Positions 42,590 through 52,776 of a stretch of 64,000 bases of DNA are shown here, one piece after another. This stretch comes from Parachlamydiales bacterium. Its GTDB lineage: Bacteria; Chlamydiota; Chlamydiia; Chlamydiales; Rhabdochlamydiaceae. The translations under genes and the position numbers were made by a program. The notes under the pieces were generated by a model that worked only from the letters and a program-made list of their open reading frames with translations, was not told where the DNA came from and did not search any database. The DNA is taken from the NCBI GenBank assembly GCA_027459675.1, contig DAIDHO010000006.1:1509-65508 (forward strand), read 5' to 3'. Each line of letters opens with the position of its first letter. The first letter of the stretch is position 1.

Positions 42590-43366
42590 ATGTTCGTCGA
42601 TTCGCATGCCCATCTCACAAGTCGACCTGTGTTGGATCATGTGGAAGAGGTGCTTCAAAGGGCAGAGCAAAACCAACTCAAGGCCATTGTGAATATCTGC
42701 ACCAACCAGGAGAGCCTGGAAAAAGGATTTGCCTTAGCTAAAAGACATCGATGGATTTTTAATGCGGCAGCTGCCACGCCTCATGATGTGGAAGAAATAG
42801 GCGAAACTTTTTTCCCCCTTGTCGCACACTATGCACGAGAAGGAAGGCTCATTGCGATCGGAGAGACAGGACTGGACTATCATTACGGGCAATCTTCTAA
42901 AGCGGTACAAAAAGAGCATCTGCTGCGCTACTTAGAACTCGCGGTTCAGACAAAACTGCCTGTGATCTTTCATTGCAGAGAAGCTTTTGCTGATTTATTT
43001 CAGTTCACTCAAGGGTATCAATGTTCTGCAGTATTACACTGTTTCACAGGAACATTAGAAGAAGCTAAAGAATGTCTCAATAGAGGCTGGTTTATCTCTT
43101 TAAGCGGGATTGTCACGTTTAAGGCGTCTTACTCTCTTCGAGAGGTTGCAAAATACGTGCCGCTCGATCAATTCATGATTGAAACCGATGCCCCTTTTAT
43201 ATCTCCGCAATCCAGACGTGGCAAAATGAATGAGCCCAGCTATATCATAGAAACAGCTCAAATGATTGCGCAGGTAAAAGGAGTTTCCCTTGAAGAAGTA
43301 GGAATAAACTCTACCCGAAACGCAGCTCAATTTTTTTCTTTTCCAAAACACATCCTCAATGTTTAA
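42590..43366 (+). CDS. tatD: TatD family DNase
   Basis: DSHAHL, IGETGLDY, HCREA, HCFTG, ETDAP. Confidence 0.94.
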   Translation: MFVDSHAHLTSRPVLDHVEEVLQRAEQNQLKAIVNICTNQESLEKGFALAKRHRWIFNAAAATPHDVEEIGETFFPLVAHYAREGRLIAIGETGLDYHYGQSSKAVQKEHLLRYLELAVQTKLPVIFHCREAFADLFQFTQGYQCSAVLHCFTGTLEEAKECLNRGWFISLSGIVTFKASYSLREVAKYVPLDQFMIETDAPFISPQSRRGKMNEPSYIIETAQMIAQVKGVSLEEVGINSTRNAAQFFSFPKHILNV

Positions 43367-43369
43367 TAG

Positions 43370-44365
43370 TTGTTGATGACAGCACAGACTATTCCGAAAG
43401 CATTTTTGTGGAGAAGGCTCCATTCTCTTATGGGATTATGGGTTGTTCTTTTTCTATTCGAACACCTTCTAGTCAATTCTCAAGCCGCCCTCCTTTTAGG
43501 AGATAATGCGCGGGGATTTATTGAGCTGGTCAACTCGATCCACAATTTTCCTTATCTGCAATTGATCGAAATTTTCTTGCTTGGTGTACCGATTGCGATC
43601 CATGCCATTTTAGGAATCAAATATCTTTTTACATCTAAATTGAATTCCTATCGTACGAAGGGACAAGCTCCCGACATGCATCAATATGGACGTAATCAGG
43701 CCTTTACGTGGCAACGGATAACCTCCTGGATTTTGCTGGTGGGTATTATTCTTCATATCGCTAAGTTTCGTTTTATCGAATACCCAGCCTCTATCAATTT
43801 AGGAGATACCCAGTCTTATTTCGTTACTGTCTCTGTCGATAAGGGGCTTTACACGGTTGCTTCTCGATTAGGAGTTCAACTTTATGGGAGGGAACAGATT
43901 CAAGAGCAGAAAAAAGAGATCGAATCACGCTATGCCGAGCAGACTCTTGTCGATGTGGCCAAGACTTTAAACCCCACCGAAAAATATGATGCTCAGCAGC
44001 AGATGATCTTGTCGTCCGCTCAGTCTTATGAACAGAAAAAAGCATGGCTGAAGGTCCTCGAGAGGCAAAAAGTAGGACCCACGCAAGTGGTGGCAGTGGC
44101 ATCCAATTTCGGAACAGCGACTCTTCTCACCGTGCGCGATACATTTAAAAGTCCTCTCTACGTGGGGCTCTATACTATTTTTGTACTGGCCGCCTGTTTT
44201 CATGCCTTTAATGGGTTTTGGACTTTTCTCATTACGTGGGGCGTTGTGCTCAGGGTTGTAGCCCAGAAAGGGGCTCTTAAGTTTGCATGGGGGCTGATGG
44301 CGCTTGTCGCCTTTTTAGGGCTTGCAGCTATTTGGGGAACCTACTTTCTAAATCTTAAAAATTGA
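43370..44365 (+). CDS. sdhC: Succinate dehydrogenase cytochrome b558 subunit
   Basis: RRLHSLMG, EHLLVN, WQRITS, FHAFNG; precedes sdhA. Confidence 0.9.
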   Translation: MLMTAQTIPKAFLWRRLHSLMGLWVVLFLFEHLLVNSQAALLLGDNARGFIELVNSIHNFPYLQLIEIFLLGVPIAIHAILGIKYLFTSKLNSYRTKGQAPDMHQYGRNQAFTWQRITSWILLVGIILHIAKFRFIEYPASINLGDTQSYFVTVSVDKGLYTVASRLGVQLYGREQIQEQKKEIESRYAEQTLVDVAKTLNPTEKYDAQQQMILSSAQSYEQKKAWLKVLERQKVGPTQVVAVASNFGTATLLTVRDTFKSPLYVGLYTIFVLAACFHAFNGFWTFLITWGVVLRVVAQKGALKFAWGLMALVAFLGLAAIWGTYFLNLKN

Positions 44366-46245
44366 GTGATATGAAAGATATAATTGTTGTCGGAGGAGGT
44401 TTAGCGGGGCTTTCAGCTACGATGCGTCTTGCAGAAAATGGATGCCGTGTCAAACTTTTTTCCGTCACCAAAGTAAAAAGGTCGCACTCCGTTTGTGCGC
44501 AAGGTGGAATCAATGCTGCGATGAATCTTAAAGGGGAAAACGACTCGCCGATGATTCATGCCTATGACACCATCAAGGGAGGAGATTTTTTAGCAGACCA
44601 GCCTCCGGTGCTTGAAATGTGTCTTGCAGCTCCAGCCATTATTCGGATGATGGATCGATTTGGATGCCCTTTTAACAGGACGGCTGAAGGGACGCTCGAT
44701 TTTCGAAGATTTGGAGGAACCCTTTATAATCGTACCGCTTTCTGTGGAGCTTCAACAGGGCAACAGCTTCTCTACGCACTGGATGAGCAAGTCCGCCGTT
44801 TTGAAACCCTAGGAAAAGTGGAGAAGTTTGAAAACCATGAATTCATGCGTCTTGTCATCGACGATCAGGGGCATGCACGTGGCATTGTTTTCATGGATCT
44901 TATTAACATGAAACTCGATGTCATGAAAGCAGATGCAGTGGTATTTGGGACGGGAGGACCCGGTTTGATTTTTAAGAAATCGACCAATTCGACGTTTTGT
45001 ACAGGAGCGGCCAATGGGCGCCTTTATATGCAAGGAATGTACTATGCCAATGGGGAATTTATTCAAGTCCATCCGACGGCAATTCCCGGTGAGGATAAGC
45101 TCCGTCTCATTTCAGAATCTCTCCGGGGAGAAGGGGGACGTCTGTGGGTCTTGGGCGACTCTTCAAAAACTATCGTCACATCGGAAGGAAAAACCATTCC
45201 TTGTGGAAAAACAGGCGAGCCATGGTACTTCTTAGAGGAAATGTATCCTGGCTATGGGAATCTAGTAGCGCGCGATGTGGCTTCGCGGGAAGTGCTGCGC
45301 GTTTGTGAATTAGGACTGGGCGTGGATGGCAAGATGCAGGTTTATCTCGACATGACCCATCTTCCTGAGAAAACACTTCATAAAGTTGAGTCTGTTCTTG
45401 AAATTTATCAAAAATTCACCGGTGAAAATCCTCGGGAAGTTCCGATGCGTATCTTTCCTGCTGTCCATTATTCGATGGGAGGCGCCTGGGTTGATTGGCC
45501 AGCATCCAATGATCCTGATCGCCTTTCACGCTTTAGGCAAATGAGTAATATCGCTGGCTGTTTTGTGGTAGGGGAATCAGAGTTTCAATTCCATGGAGCT
45601 AACCGTTTAGGAGCCAATTCTCTTATCGCGTGTATTTTTGCAGGCCTGACGGCCGGTAACGAAGTGCCTCGGTATCTCGATACTCTCCAGATAGGATATG
45701 GAGCTGTTCCTGGAAAAATCTATTCGGACGCAATGGCAGCTGAAGAATCTCTCAAGCACGATCTTTTAACACGGGATGGGCCAGAAAATATTCATCGGTT
45801 ACATGATGAAATGGCCGATTTAATGATCCGTAGCATGACTGTCAAAAGAAGCAACCCTGATCTTGAAAAAACAATTGAGAAACTTCTTGAAATTCGCGAT
45901 AGGTATCAACATATTTCGCTCGATGACCGGGGAAATCTTATGAATCAAACCTATATGTTTGCCAATCAATTTGGTCCCATGCTACAACTGGCTTTGGCGA
46001 TGACTGCCAGCGCTAAAGAGCGGAATGAGTCCCGTGGTGCTCACTTTAAAGCTGAGTTTCCCGAACGAGATGATGACAACTGGCTCAAAACTACGATTGC
46101 AGAATATACAAAGGAAGGCCCTAAAATTTCTTATAAACCAGTTGATACTCGACACGTGAAGCCGATTAAGCGAGACTATGTCCATGCAAAAAAAATTAAC
46201 CCCACCTTAGAAGATGTCCCAGCCGCCATCCAGCTCCCTTTATAA
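44362..46245 (+). CDS. sdhA: Succinate dehydrogenase flavoprotein
   Basis: GGGLAG, RSHSVCAQGG, QVHPT, HYSMGG, HGANRLGANSL. Confidence 0.97.
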   Translation: MSDMKDIIVVGGGLAGLSATMRLAENGCRVKLFSVTKVKRSHSVCAQGGINAAMNLKGENDSPMIHAYDTIKGGDFLADQPPVLEMCLAAPAIIRMMDRFGCPFNRTAEGTLDFRRFGGTLYNRTAFCGASTGQQLLYALDEQVRRFETLGKVEKFENHEFMRLVIDDQGHARGIVFMDLINMKLDVMKADAVVFGTGGPGLIFKKSTNSTFCTGAANGRLYMQGMYYANGEFIQVHPTAIPGEDKLRLISESLRGEGGRLWVLGDSSKTIVTSEGKTIPCGKTGEPWYFLEEMYPGYGNLVARDVASREVLRVCELGLGVDGKMQVYLDMTHLPEKTLHKVESVLEIYQKFTGENPREVPMRIFPAVHYSMGGAWVDWPASNDPDRLSRFRQMSNIAGCFVVGESEFQFHGANRLGANSLIACIFAGLTAGNEVPRYLDTLQIGYGAVPGKIYSDAMAAEESLKHDLLTRDGPENIHRLHDEMADLMIRSMTVKRSNPDLEKTIEKLLEIRDRYQHISLDDRGNLMNQTYMFANQFGPMLQLALAMTASAKERNESRGAHFKAEFPERDDDNWLKTTIAEYTKEGPKISYKPVDTRHVKPIKRDYVHAKKINPTLEDVPAAIQLPL

Positions 46246-47011
46246 ATTCATTCTTAAAGTGTATCGTGGAACCCCCGGACATCAATATTGGGAGGAATTC
46301 GAACTTCCCTTAAAGCCGTTATATAATATTATTTCAGCACTCATGGACATCCAAAAATCCCCTATCAACCGGGAAGGAAAAAAAGTGGAGCCTGTGGCTT
46401 GGGAACAAGGGTGTCTTGAAGAAGTATGCGGCTCTTGCTCTCTGCTCATTAATGGACGGCCGCGCCAAGGTTGCACAGCTTTGATCGATTCTATCTTAAA
46501 AGAATCCCGCTCTGATACTTTGCGGATAGCCCCTCTTACCAAATTTCCTTTGATCCGAGATTTGGTGGTCGACAGAAGCGTCATGTTTGACCACTTGAAA
46601 CGGATCCGTGGATGGGTAGAAACCGATGGTTCTTACGAACGAGGCTTTGGGCCCTCGCAAGATCCCAAAGTCCAGGAAGCCCGTTATGTTCTTTCTACAT
46701 GTATGACATGTGGATGCTGTCTCGAGGCATGTCCTCAAGTGAATCCAAAGTCCAAATTTATGGGAGCTGCGGCCGTCTCGCAAGTGCGTCTTTTTAATGC
46801 CCATCCCACCGGCAAAATGCAAGCTCCTGAAAGACTTCGAGTGATGCAACAAGAAGAAGGGGTGATCAGTTGTGGTAACGCTCAAAACTGCGTCCAAGTA
46901 TGCCCGAAAAAAATTCCTTTAACAGAATCGATTGCTCTCATGGGACGGCAAGCCACCAAGCAAGCAGTCCGTGACTTGACAAGTCTTCCCGATGCTTCTA
47001 CAAATCCTTAA
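46214..47011 (+). CDS. sdhB: Succinate dehydrogenase iron-sulfur subunit
   Basis: CLEEVCGSC, CMTCGCCLEACP, CGNAQNCVQVCP. Confidence 0.96.
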   Translation: MSQPPSSSLYKFILKVYRGTPGHQYWEEFELPLKPLYNIISALMDIQKSPINREGKKVEPVAWEQGCLEEVCGSCSLLINGRPRQGCTALIDSILKESRSDTLRIAPLTKFPLIRDLVVDRSVMFDHLKRIRGWVETDGSYERGFGPSQDPKVQEARYVLSTCMTCGCCLEACPQVNPKSKFMGAAAVSQVRLFNAHPTGKMQAPERLRVMQQEEGVISCGNAQNCVQVCPKKIPLTESIALMGRQATKQAVRDLTSLPDASTNP

Positions 47012-47876
47012 TCACCGATTTCTCAATCCCCGAGGGTTTTGGGATTGTCGAAATCTTGGCATGGAGCTCTTTAAGATCGTTTTGAAATTGAAATTCCTCT
47101 TCTTGTAAATGCTTTAATCGATCCATTAATTTTTCCCTCGTTTCATCTAGATTTTGAGCTCTTCCATCGAGGTTTTTATGTTCTGTGATGATTTGCTGCA
47201 GCTGCGGCTGGCTATTTTGTAATGTCTGAGATAGATCTTTTTTTTGGAAAATAGTGTTACAAAATTGGTGGATCCCATCGACGTACTCATCTAGATTTTC
47301 ACATTCCCCGGTTACCTGTTTCACTGCCTTCTTTATTGATGTCTCCGTGTTTTGGATCGATGTTTGCAAATCCTTTTTTTTCTTAAGATTCTCTGAAAGC
47401 AACTCAAGGTCTTGTTTTAAAGTCTCAATATTTTTATTTAAGGAAGTCTCTCTATCGAAGAGTTGAGTATTCAAGAGGTTTAATTCGTTGATGAGTTTTT
47501 GATGTTCTTGGAGCTTTTGACGCAATCGGATTCCTCGTATGACAAGCGAGTATGCGAGGGCCATAGATATAGTCAACACAAAGGGGAATGAAAGGGGAAA
47601 TCTCGCGCAGAAAATGGGGATTCCCAGGAGTGCCGTTGCATACATAGAGTCATGAACATCTAAAGACATCAAATAGTTAATCTGGCGATAGTACAAAGGG
47701 CGGGCAATCATCGCAATGCATATAAAGCTTGCAGTATAATATTTCCCCCAGATTTTGTAGACTAAGAGGGTAGTGGCTGTTATCACACAGGCAGGACCTG
47801 GATGATAAGGGAGATTTTCGTTGAAATCTGTTTTCCAAGTGCCTAAAAAACACAAAGTAGTCGAAAATATTTTCAT
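46998..47876 (-). CDS. Inc-like protein: hydrophobic hairpins plus long coiled coil
   Basis: Two bilobed hydrophobic stretches in the first about 115 aa, then heptad-rich C-terminus. Confidence 0.65.
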   Translation of the reverse strand: MKIFSTTLCFLGTWKTDFNENLPYHPGPACVITATTLLVYKIWGKYYTASFICIAMIARPLYYRQINYLMSLDVHDSMYATALLGIPIFCARFPLSFPFVLTISMALAYSLVIRGIRLRQKLQEHQKLINELNLLNTQLFDRETSLNKNIETLKQDLELLSENLKKKKDLQTSIQNTETSIKKAVKQVTGECENLDEYVDGIHQFCNTIFQKKDLSQTLQNSQPQLQQIITEHKNLDGRAQNLDETREKLMDRLKHLQEEEFQFQNDLKELHAKISTIPKPSGIEKSVIKDL

Positions 47877-48376
47877 AAGTTGATTAATTCATGGGTTTGA
47901 GATTTTACCAGCTCAATAGTTTCTTTTCGCTGAGCTACTAACTGTTTTAACTTTTCTATGGTGCCTTCTAACCGTTGTGCTTCTTGTTCGAAGGCTTCAG
48001 CCTGGTCTATCTTTTCCTGGATCTGTTGATGGAGGGTGTCCATCACGTCCTTCATTTGTTGATAGGCTTTTCCTTGCTCTACGAGATGCGCTAATTTTAT
48101 AAGTTCTTTCAGAGAGGTTAAAGGATCCCTGGATGGAGATGGGGGGGCCTCAAAAAGGGTGCAGCTCAGATTGGGAAAAGGCTTTTTTGTTAAAATCTGC
48201 TGGGTCTCCAGAGTTGCCTTTTGGATCATCTGTGTATCAGCAGTAAGCTTTTCTTGGATTAAAAGAAGTTTCTCAACTTGAAGTTGCTTCTTGTTGAGCA
48301 ATTCCTTCAGATCATTGTGCTGATTTTCAATCACAGTATTCGTATTAAAAGGGTATAACCAAGAAAAAAATGTCAT
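47873..48376 (-). CDS. Coiled-coil hypothetical protein
   Basis: ATGA overlaps on both sides; Q/E/K-rich heptads. Confidence 0.65.
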   Translation of the reverse strand: MTFFSWLYPFNTNTVIENQHNDLKELLNKKQLQVEKLLLIQEKLTADTQMIQKATLETQQILTKKPFPNLSCTLFEAPPSPSRDPLTSLKELIKLAHLVEQGKAYQQMKDVMDTLHQQIQEKIDQAEAFEQEAQRLEGTIEKLKQLVAQRKETIELVKSQTHELINL

Positions 48377-49221
48377 TGAAGGGGGGTGGGGGTGTTAAGT
48401 TTTTGAATCCGATTCTCTGCTTGCTTTTTGTAAATAGCAAGATGCTCTTTAAGGTCCTGCCCTAGTTTTGTATATTCATTCGTTAAAGATTCAATCTCGC
48501 TGATTTTTTCTTCGTATGTTTTCTGTGCATGCGCTAATTTGAAATGAGCGGTGTCTAGCTGAGTTAGAATTTTAGTCATCCTTTGATCATTCAGTTTTAA
48601 ATTCTCGATAAATGTGGGGTCATTTAAATGAGTTAAGATGTAATCAGTCACTTTTTGAGCAGATGCGTAAACTTCTCCTATATTAATCTGGGCGCGAGCA
48701 TCTACAATCTCTTGAAGCTGGAGCTGGAGGGCTTTGAGCTTGTTTTCATCCTCTATAATTTCTTGGTTATACTCCTCGGTTAGAGTATGCGCCATCTCGG
48801 TTAGGCTTAACACTGTTGCAGCGGTCGATTCGAGTTGGTCAAGCTGTTCTTGGTAGATCTTATTTTGCTCTAAAAGAGCTTGGATATTTTTCTCTACCAC
48901 TTCCGTTGTTGACGGAGTACTTCCATAGAGAAGGGATTCGATTGTAGATCCGAGAAAAAGGGCGGGGTCTAAGAGAGCATATTTAGTAAGGTTTGTAAGA
49001 TGTCTAAACCCATTGAGAAAAGGCCATGACACATCTGTAAAACTTCTGGGCTCCTCAGGGACTGAGGAATGAATCTTTTGGGTGAATTGGGCGATAGAGT
49101 CTGCGTAAATTTTTGTGAGGTAGTGTGGAGGAATATTTTGATCGCGAGGGATAAGCTTAAGCCCTACAACAAAAGCAGTATAGAGGGTGAGATTTTTTAA
49201 AGCAGACGTAGAGTTTGAAAT
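48373..49221 (-). CDS. Coiled-coil hypothetical protein, probable ATT start
   Basis: Frame is open upstream of the track GTG (49032) to 49269; SD AAGGAG at 49233-49228 is followed by ATT at 49221-49219. Confidence 0.55.
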   Translation of the reverse strand: MSNSTSALKNLTLYTAFVVGLKLIPRDQNIPPHYLTKIYADSIAQFTQKIHSSVPEEPRSFTDVSWPFLNGFRHLTNLTKYALLDPALFLGSTIESLLYGSTPSTTEVVEKNIQALLEQNKIYQEQLDQLESTAATVLSLTEMAHTLTEEYNQEIIEDENKLKALQLQLQEIVDARAQINIGEVYASAQKVTDYILTHLNDPTFIENLKLNDQRMTKILTQLDTAHFKLAHAQKTYEEKISEIESLTNEYTKLGQDLKEHLAIYKKQAENRIQKLNTPTPLQ

Positions 49222-49275
49222 AGGGTTCTCCTTTGTTACTAAAAAATTTACGATAAAACATAGATTAATTCAATT

Positions 49276-49962
49276 TTAATTTTTAACCAAGTGTGTGGAA
49301 AAAGATGCGCTCAGGCGTATGGGAGGAGGCTGAGAGGGTGTTAAGTTAAAAGAGCGATGAAAAAAGTCCATGAGAGTTTCAATCCATGTTTTTTTATCAG
49401 GCAGCACATCTGTCAGGCGACAGAGAAACTCATCGTGAGATCTACCCGCACGGTAGGGAGGAGTTTTAAGAGGGAGCTTGAGAAGTTGCATCCGCTGAGG
49501 AAGGTAATCCCATAGAAAAGAAGTGTGCACAAGCCACCGCTCTTTTTTGATATAGAGAGCGTTCCCGCCGCACTTACGGCTACCGATTACAAAATCATTT
49601 TCTCTCAGTTCAAGGCCTGGAATAGAGGGCCCTAACATGCGGGCCGCCCAGCGGAGGATAGGCTCTGGATAAGGTGCAAAAGGGTAAAGAGATTTATTGC
49701 AGATGAAGGTCACAAAGATGGTTTCTTCATCGACAACGACTGTCCCTCCCCCACTGAATCGGCGAATGAGAGGAATGTGAGGAGGAAGGGCTTCTAGGTG
49801 GATAAGCTCTGAGGCTTTACCTGAAATGCCCATTACGATCGCAGCAGGGGTCCCACAATTGATAAGAATGTAATTTCCGCTCTCATGTCGAAGGAGCTGT
49901 TCTTCTAATAGGAGCTGCTCGTGAATAGGGTAGTTATCAAAGTAAATCAGCTGGAATGTCAT
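49276..49962 (-). CDS. lplA: Lipoate-protein ligase A family protein
   Basis: IRRFSGGGTV, ENDF, KCGGNA, HTSFLWD. Confidence 0.88.
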   Translation of the reverse strand: MTFQLIYFDNYPIHEQLLLEEQLLRHESGNYILINCGTPAAIVMGISGKASELIHLEALPPHIPLIRRFSGGGTVVVDEETIFVTFICNKSLYPFAPYPEPILRWAARMLGPSIPGLELRENDFVIGSRKCGGNALYIKKERWLVHTSFLWDYLPQRMQLLKLPLKTPPYRAGRSHDEFLCRLTDVLPDKKTWIETLMDFFHRSFNLTPSQPPPIRLSASFSTHLVKN

Positions 49963-50864
49963 GAAGACTCAGAGGTGATGATGCGGTTACCTGTTTTTTT
50001 TGCCTCTTGCACTGCTTGAGTTGCAATATCAATGAGGCGCTCAAATTCTTCTGCAGCAGATCCAAGGGAAGGGCGCGATTGATCTAAGGTAATAAGCCCG
50101 ATAGAAACAGAAAGGGGCGCAAGGGTGTTCTCCGCCTCCATTCGGATTCCTTCCGCAATAAGCTCAGCTGCACGCTCAGAGGTTTTCGGGAGCATGATGA
50201 TAAATTGAGACGTACTTTGGGGAATTAAAATATCGTGTTTTCGAAGGTTGTGTTGGAGAAGAGAGGCCAAGTGTTTATGGATTTCTTCCAAAGGAGTTGC
50301 CGATTTTTTGGAGTCGAGTTCTACTATCAACAGAGAAACATAGCCTGCTTCCTGGCGAGCTTTGGAAATAGCTTTGAGGGCTTGATCGTTTAAAAATTTT
50401 CGATTCGAAAGAGAGGAAGAAGAAGTAGTAGGGCGAGGAGTCGAGCGTTTTGCAACCTCAGACACGTTTTTAGTCCGCTCAAAGGATTGAAATGCCACCA
50501 CAATCCTCTGTTCAATTTCATCTTCATCAAGCGGCTGATTGATAAAGTCGGTAGCTCCTGCTCGGAGGGCATCTTGAGCAAATTTTTTTTTGAGATTGCT
50601 GGTGATAACGAGAATAGGGGTCTTTTTTTTTCCTAGCAAGGATCGGTACCGAGACAGGGTGCGAAAAAGTTCTTCTTCTTCTAAATTTTTAGAATCCATC
50701 ACGATCACATCCACCGATGTCGATTCCAAGACTTCTTGAGCTTCCATGCCATCGTACCGCTCAATGAGTTGGAACGTCAGTCTTAAAAGCTTTCGAAGAA
50801 AAGTTGCTGTGGTGGGATCAGGGGTTACAATGAGAGCCATAGGTAAGAGAGGATTTGTTTTCAT
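49959..50864 (-). CDS. Atypical response regulator with degenerate GGDEF domain
   Basis: REC fold (VIVMD, TPILVITS, AGATDFINQP); GGDEF fold (LSNRK, VSLLIVELD, LRKHD, FIIMLP, SVSIG, AKKTGNR). Confidence 0.8.
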   Translation of the reverse strand: MKTNPLLPMALIVTPDPTTATFLRKLLRLTFQLIERYDGMEAQEVLESTSVDVIVMDSKNLEEEELFRTLSRYRSLLGKKKTPILVITSNLKKKFAQDALRAGATDFINQPLDEDEIEQRIVVAFQSFERTKNVSEVAKRSTPRPTTSSSSLSNRKFLNDQALKAISKARQEAGYVSLLIVELDSKKSATPLEEIHKHLASLLQHNLRKHDILIPQSTSQFIIMLPKTSERAAELIAEGIRMEAENTLAPLSVSIGLITLDQSRPSLGSAAEEFERLIDIATQAVQEAKKTGNRIITSESS

Positions 50865-50876
50865 AATCCGACAATA

Positions 50877-52703
50877 CTATTTTTTACCTCGAAGTGCAAC
50901 CATCAGAACTTGGATATCTGCATGAGTGATGCCAGAAAGACGTGAGGCTTGTCCCACGGTTCGAGGTTGGATTTTGCCCAGCTTTTCACGGGCTTCGCGG
51001 CTGAGGCCCACCACGGCGGCGTAATCTAAACTGGGAGGGATTGCAAAATCTTCTGTAGAGGCTATTTTATTGACTTCATTTTGTTGCCGCTCAATGTAGC
51101 CGGTGTATTTGATCTTCAGCTCTACTTGAGTATGCACGTCCTCTCCAAAGTTTTGAATCAGCGCGGGAAATCTTTCGGCTAAGTGAGTATAGGTCCACTC
51201 GGGTCTAGAGAGCAATTGTGCAAGCGAGACTGTTTTCCCTTCAATAACGATATGTTTTTTTGAAAGATAGGAAGAGAGCTCTTCGATCTTTTTCTTTTTT
51301 TGAAGGAGGAGTTGGTGCTGGTTTGCAGAAATAAGTCCTAGTTCATAACCGAGCGAACGGAGTCGGAGGTCGGCATTATCTTGACGAAGAAGAAGGCGGT
51401 GCTCGGCTCGGCTTGTGAACATACGGTAGGGCTCATCGAGCTCTTTTGTGATGAGCTCGTCGATCATTACCCCCATATAGGCATCGGACCGTTTAAGAAA
51501 GAAAGAAGGTTTCCCTTGGACTTTAAGGGCGGCATTGATGCCTGAAATGAGTCCTTGTGCTGCGGCCTCTTCATACCCTGTTGTTCCATTGATTTGACCG
51601 GCAATGAAAAGACCTTCGATTCTTTTTGTCTCAAGGGTAGGAGAGAGTTGTCCGCTGGTGATATAATCGTATTCAATAGCATAGGCAGGCCGCATGATTT
51701 CTGCATTTTCAAGACCAGGAACGGTGTGGATCATTTTCAGCTGAACATCAAACGGGAGCGATGTCGAGATCCCGTTGATATAGAGCTCATCGGTGGTAAG
51801 ACCTTCCGGTTCAATGAAAATCTGATGCCGTTCTTTGTCGGCAAATCGGACAAACTTATCTTCAATTGAAGGACAGTAGCGAGGCCCTACGCTCTGAATT
51901 TTTCCCGAATACATCGGAGAGAGGTGAAGATTGTCTAAAACAACTTTTTTCGTTTCTGCAGAGGTATAGGTGATATAGCAAGGAACTTGCGGTAATCCCT
52001 CCTCTTCCGGCGGATCGAAGGAAAAGCGGACGTTGCTCTCTCCATCTTGCTGCTCCATTTGGGAGAAATCGACACTTCGACGATTCAGCCGCGGAGGCGT
52101 GCCTGTTTTGAGACGTCCCAGTTGAAACCCTAGTTTCTCAAGGGCAGCCGAAAGGCCCACTGACGGTTTATCCCCTGCCCTTCCACCAGAAAAAGTGAGG
52201 GGTCCAATATGAATGAGACCTCGCATGAAAGTTCCTGCAGATAAAATCACTGCTTTCCCCATGTAGGCAATCCCTTCTTGGGTTTCAACCCCTACCACTC
52301 GATCCTGGACCACAATCAGATTTTCTGTAGTTCCTTGTTTGATAAAAAGATGAGGAGTTTTTTCCATCCGCTTTTTCATCGCCGTTTGATAGGCGAGCTT
52401 ATCGCTTTGTACACGAGGGGACCATACAGCGGGTCCTTTCGAACGATTGAGCATCCGCGATTGAAGAGCAGTCGTATCGGCAACTTTTCCCATTATACCG
52501 CCCAGTGCATCGATTTCGCGTACAAGGTGACCCTTCGCTGTTCCTCCAATTGCAGGATTGCAGCTCATCTTTGCAATCGTATCGAGGTTCATCGTCAAAA
52601 AGAGGGTCTGAGCGCCCATTGTCGCAGCTGCATGTGCCGCTTCACAGCCTGCATGCCCTGCTCCTACGATAATGACATCAAATTCTTGAGGGTATTTCCA
52701 CAT
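50877..52703 (-). CDS. mnmG: tRNA uridine-5-carboxymethylaminomethyl modification enzyme MnmG (GidA)
   Basis: [55 protein letters not shown]. Confidence 0.97.
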   Translation of the reverse strand: MWKYPQEFDVIIVGAGHAGCEAAHAAATMGAQTLFLTMNLDTIAKMSCNPAIGGTAKGHLVREIDALGGIMGKVADTTALQSRMLNRSKGPAVWSPRVQSDKLAYQTAMKKRMEKTPHLFIKQGTTENLIVVQDRVVGVETQEGIAYMGKAVILSAGTFMRGLIHIGPLTFSGGRAGDKPSVGLSAALEKLGFQLGRLKTGTPPRLNRRSVDFSQMEQQDGESNVRFSFDPPEEEGLPQVPCYITYTSAETKKVVLDNLHLSPMYSGKIQSVGPRYCPSIEDKFVRFADKERHQIFIEPEGLTTDELYINGISTSLPFDVQLKMIHTVPGLENAEIMRPAYAIEYDYITSGQLSPTLETKRIEGLFIAGQINGTTGYEEAAAQGLISGINAALKVQGKPSFFLKRSDAYMGVMIDELITKELDEPYRMFTSRAEHRLLLRQDNADLRLRSLGYELGLISANQHQLLLQKKKKIEELSSYLSKKHIVIEGKTVSLAQLLSRPEWTYTHLAERFPALIQNFGEDVHTQVELKIKYTGYIERQQNEVNKIASTEDFAIPPSLDYAAVVGLSREAREKLGKIQPRTVGQASRLSGITHADIQVLMVALRGKK

Positions 52704-52749
52704 GACAATGATTATACACAAATGAGAGAAAAAGGGGGCTCTATAAGTC

Positions 52750-52776
52750 TAGATTTCTTACGTAACTAAAGGTCTA
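52750..52776. repeat. Degenerate 27-bp copy of the palindrome family
   Basis: TAGATTTCTTACGTAACTAAAGGTCTA; overlaps the stop of 52766..53785. Confidence 0.7.
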
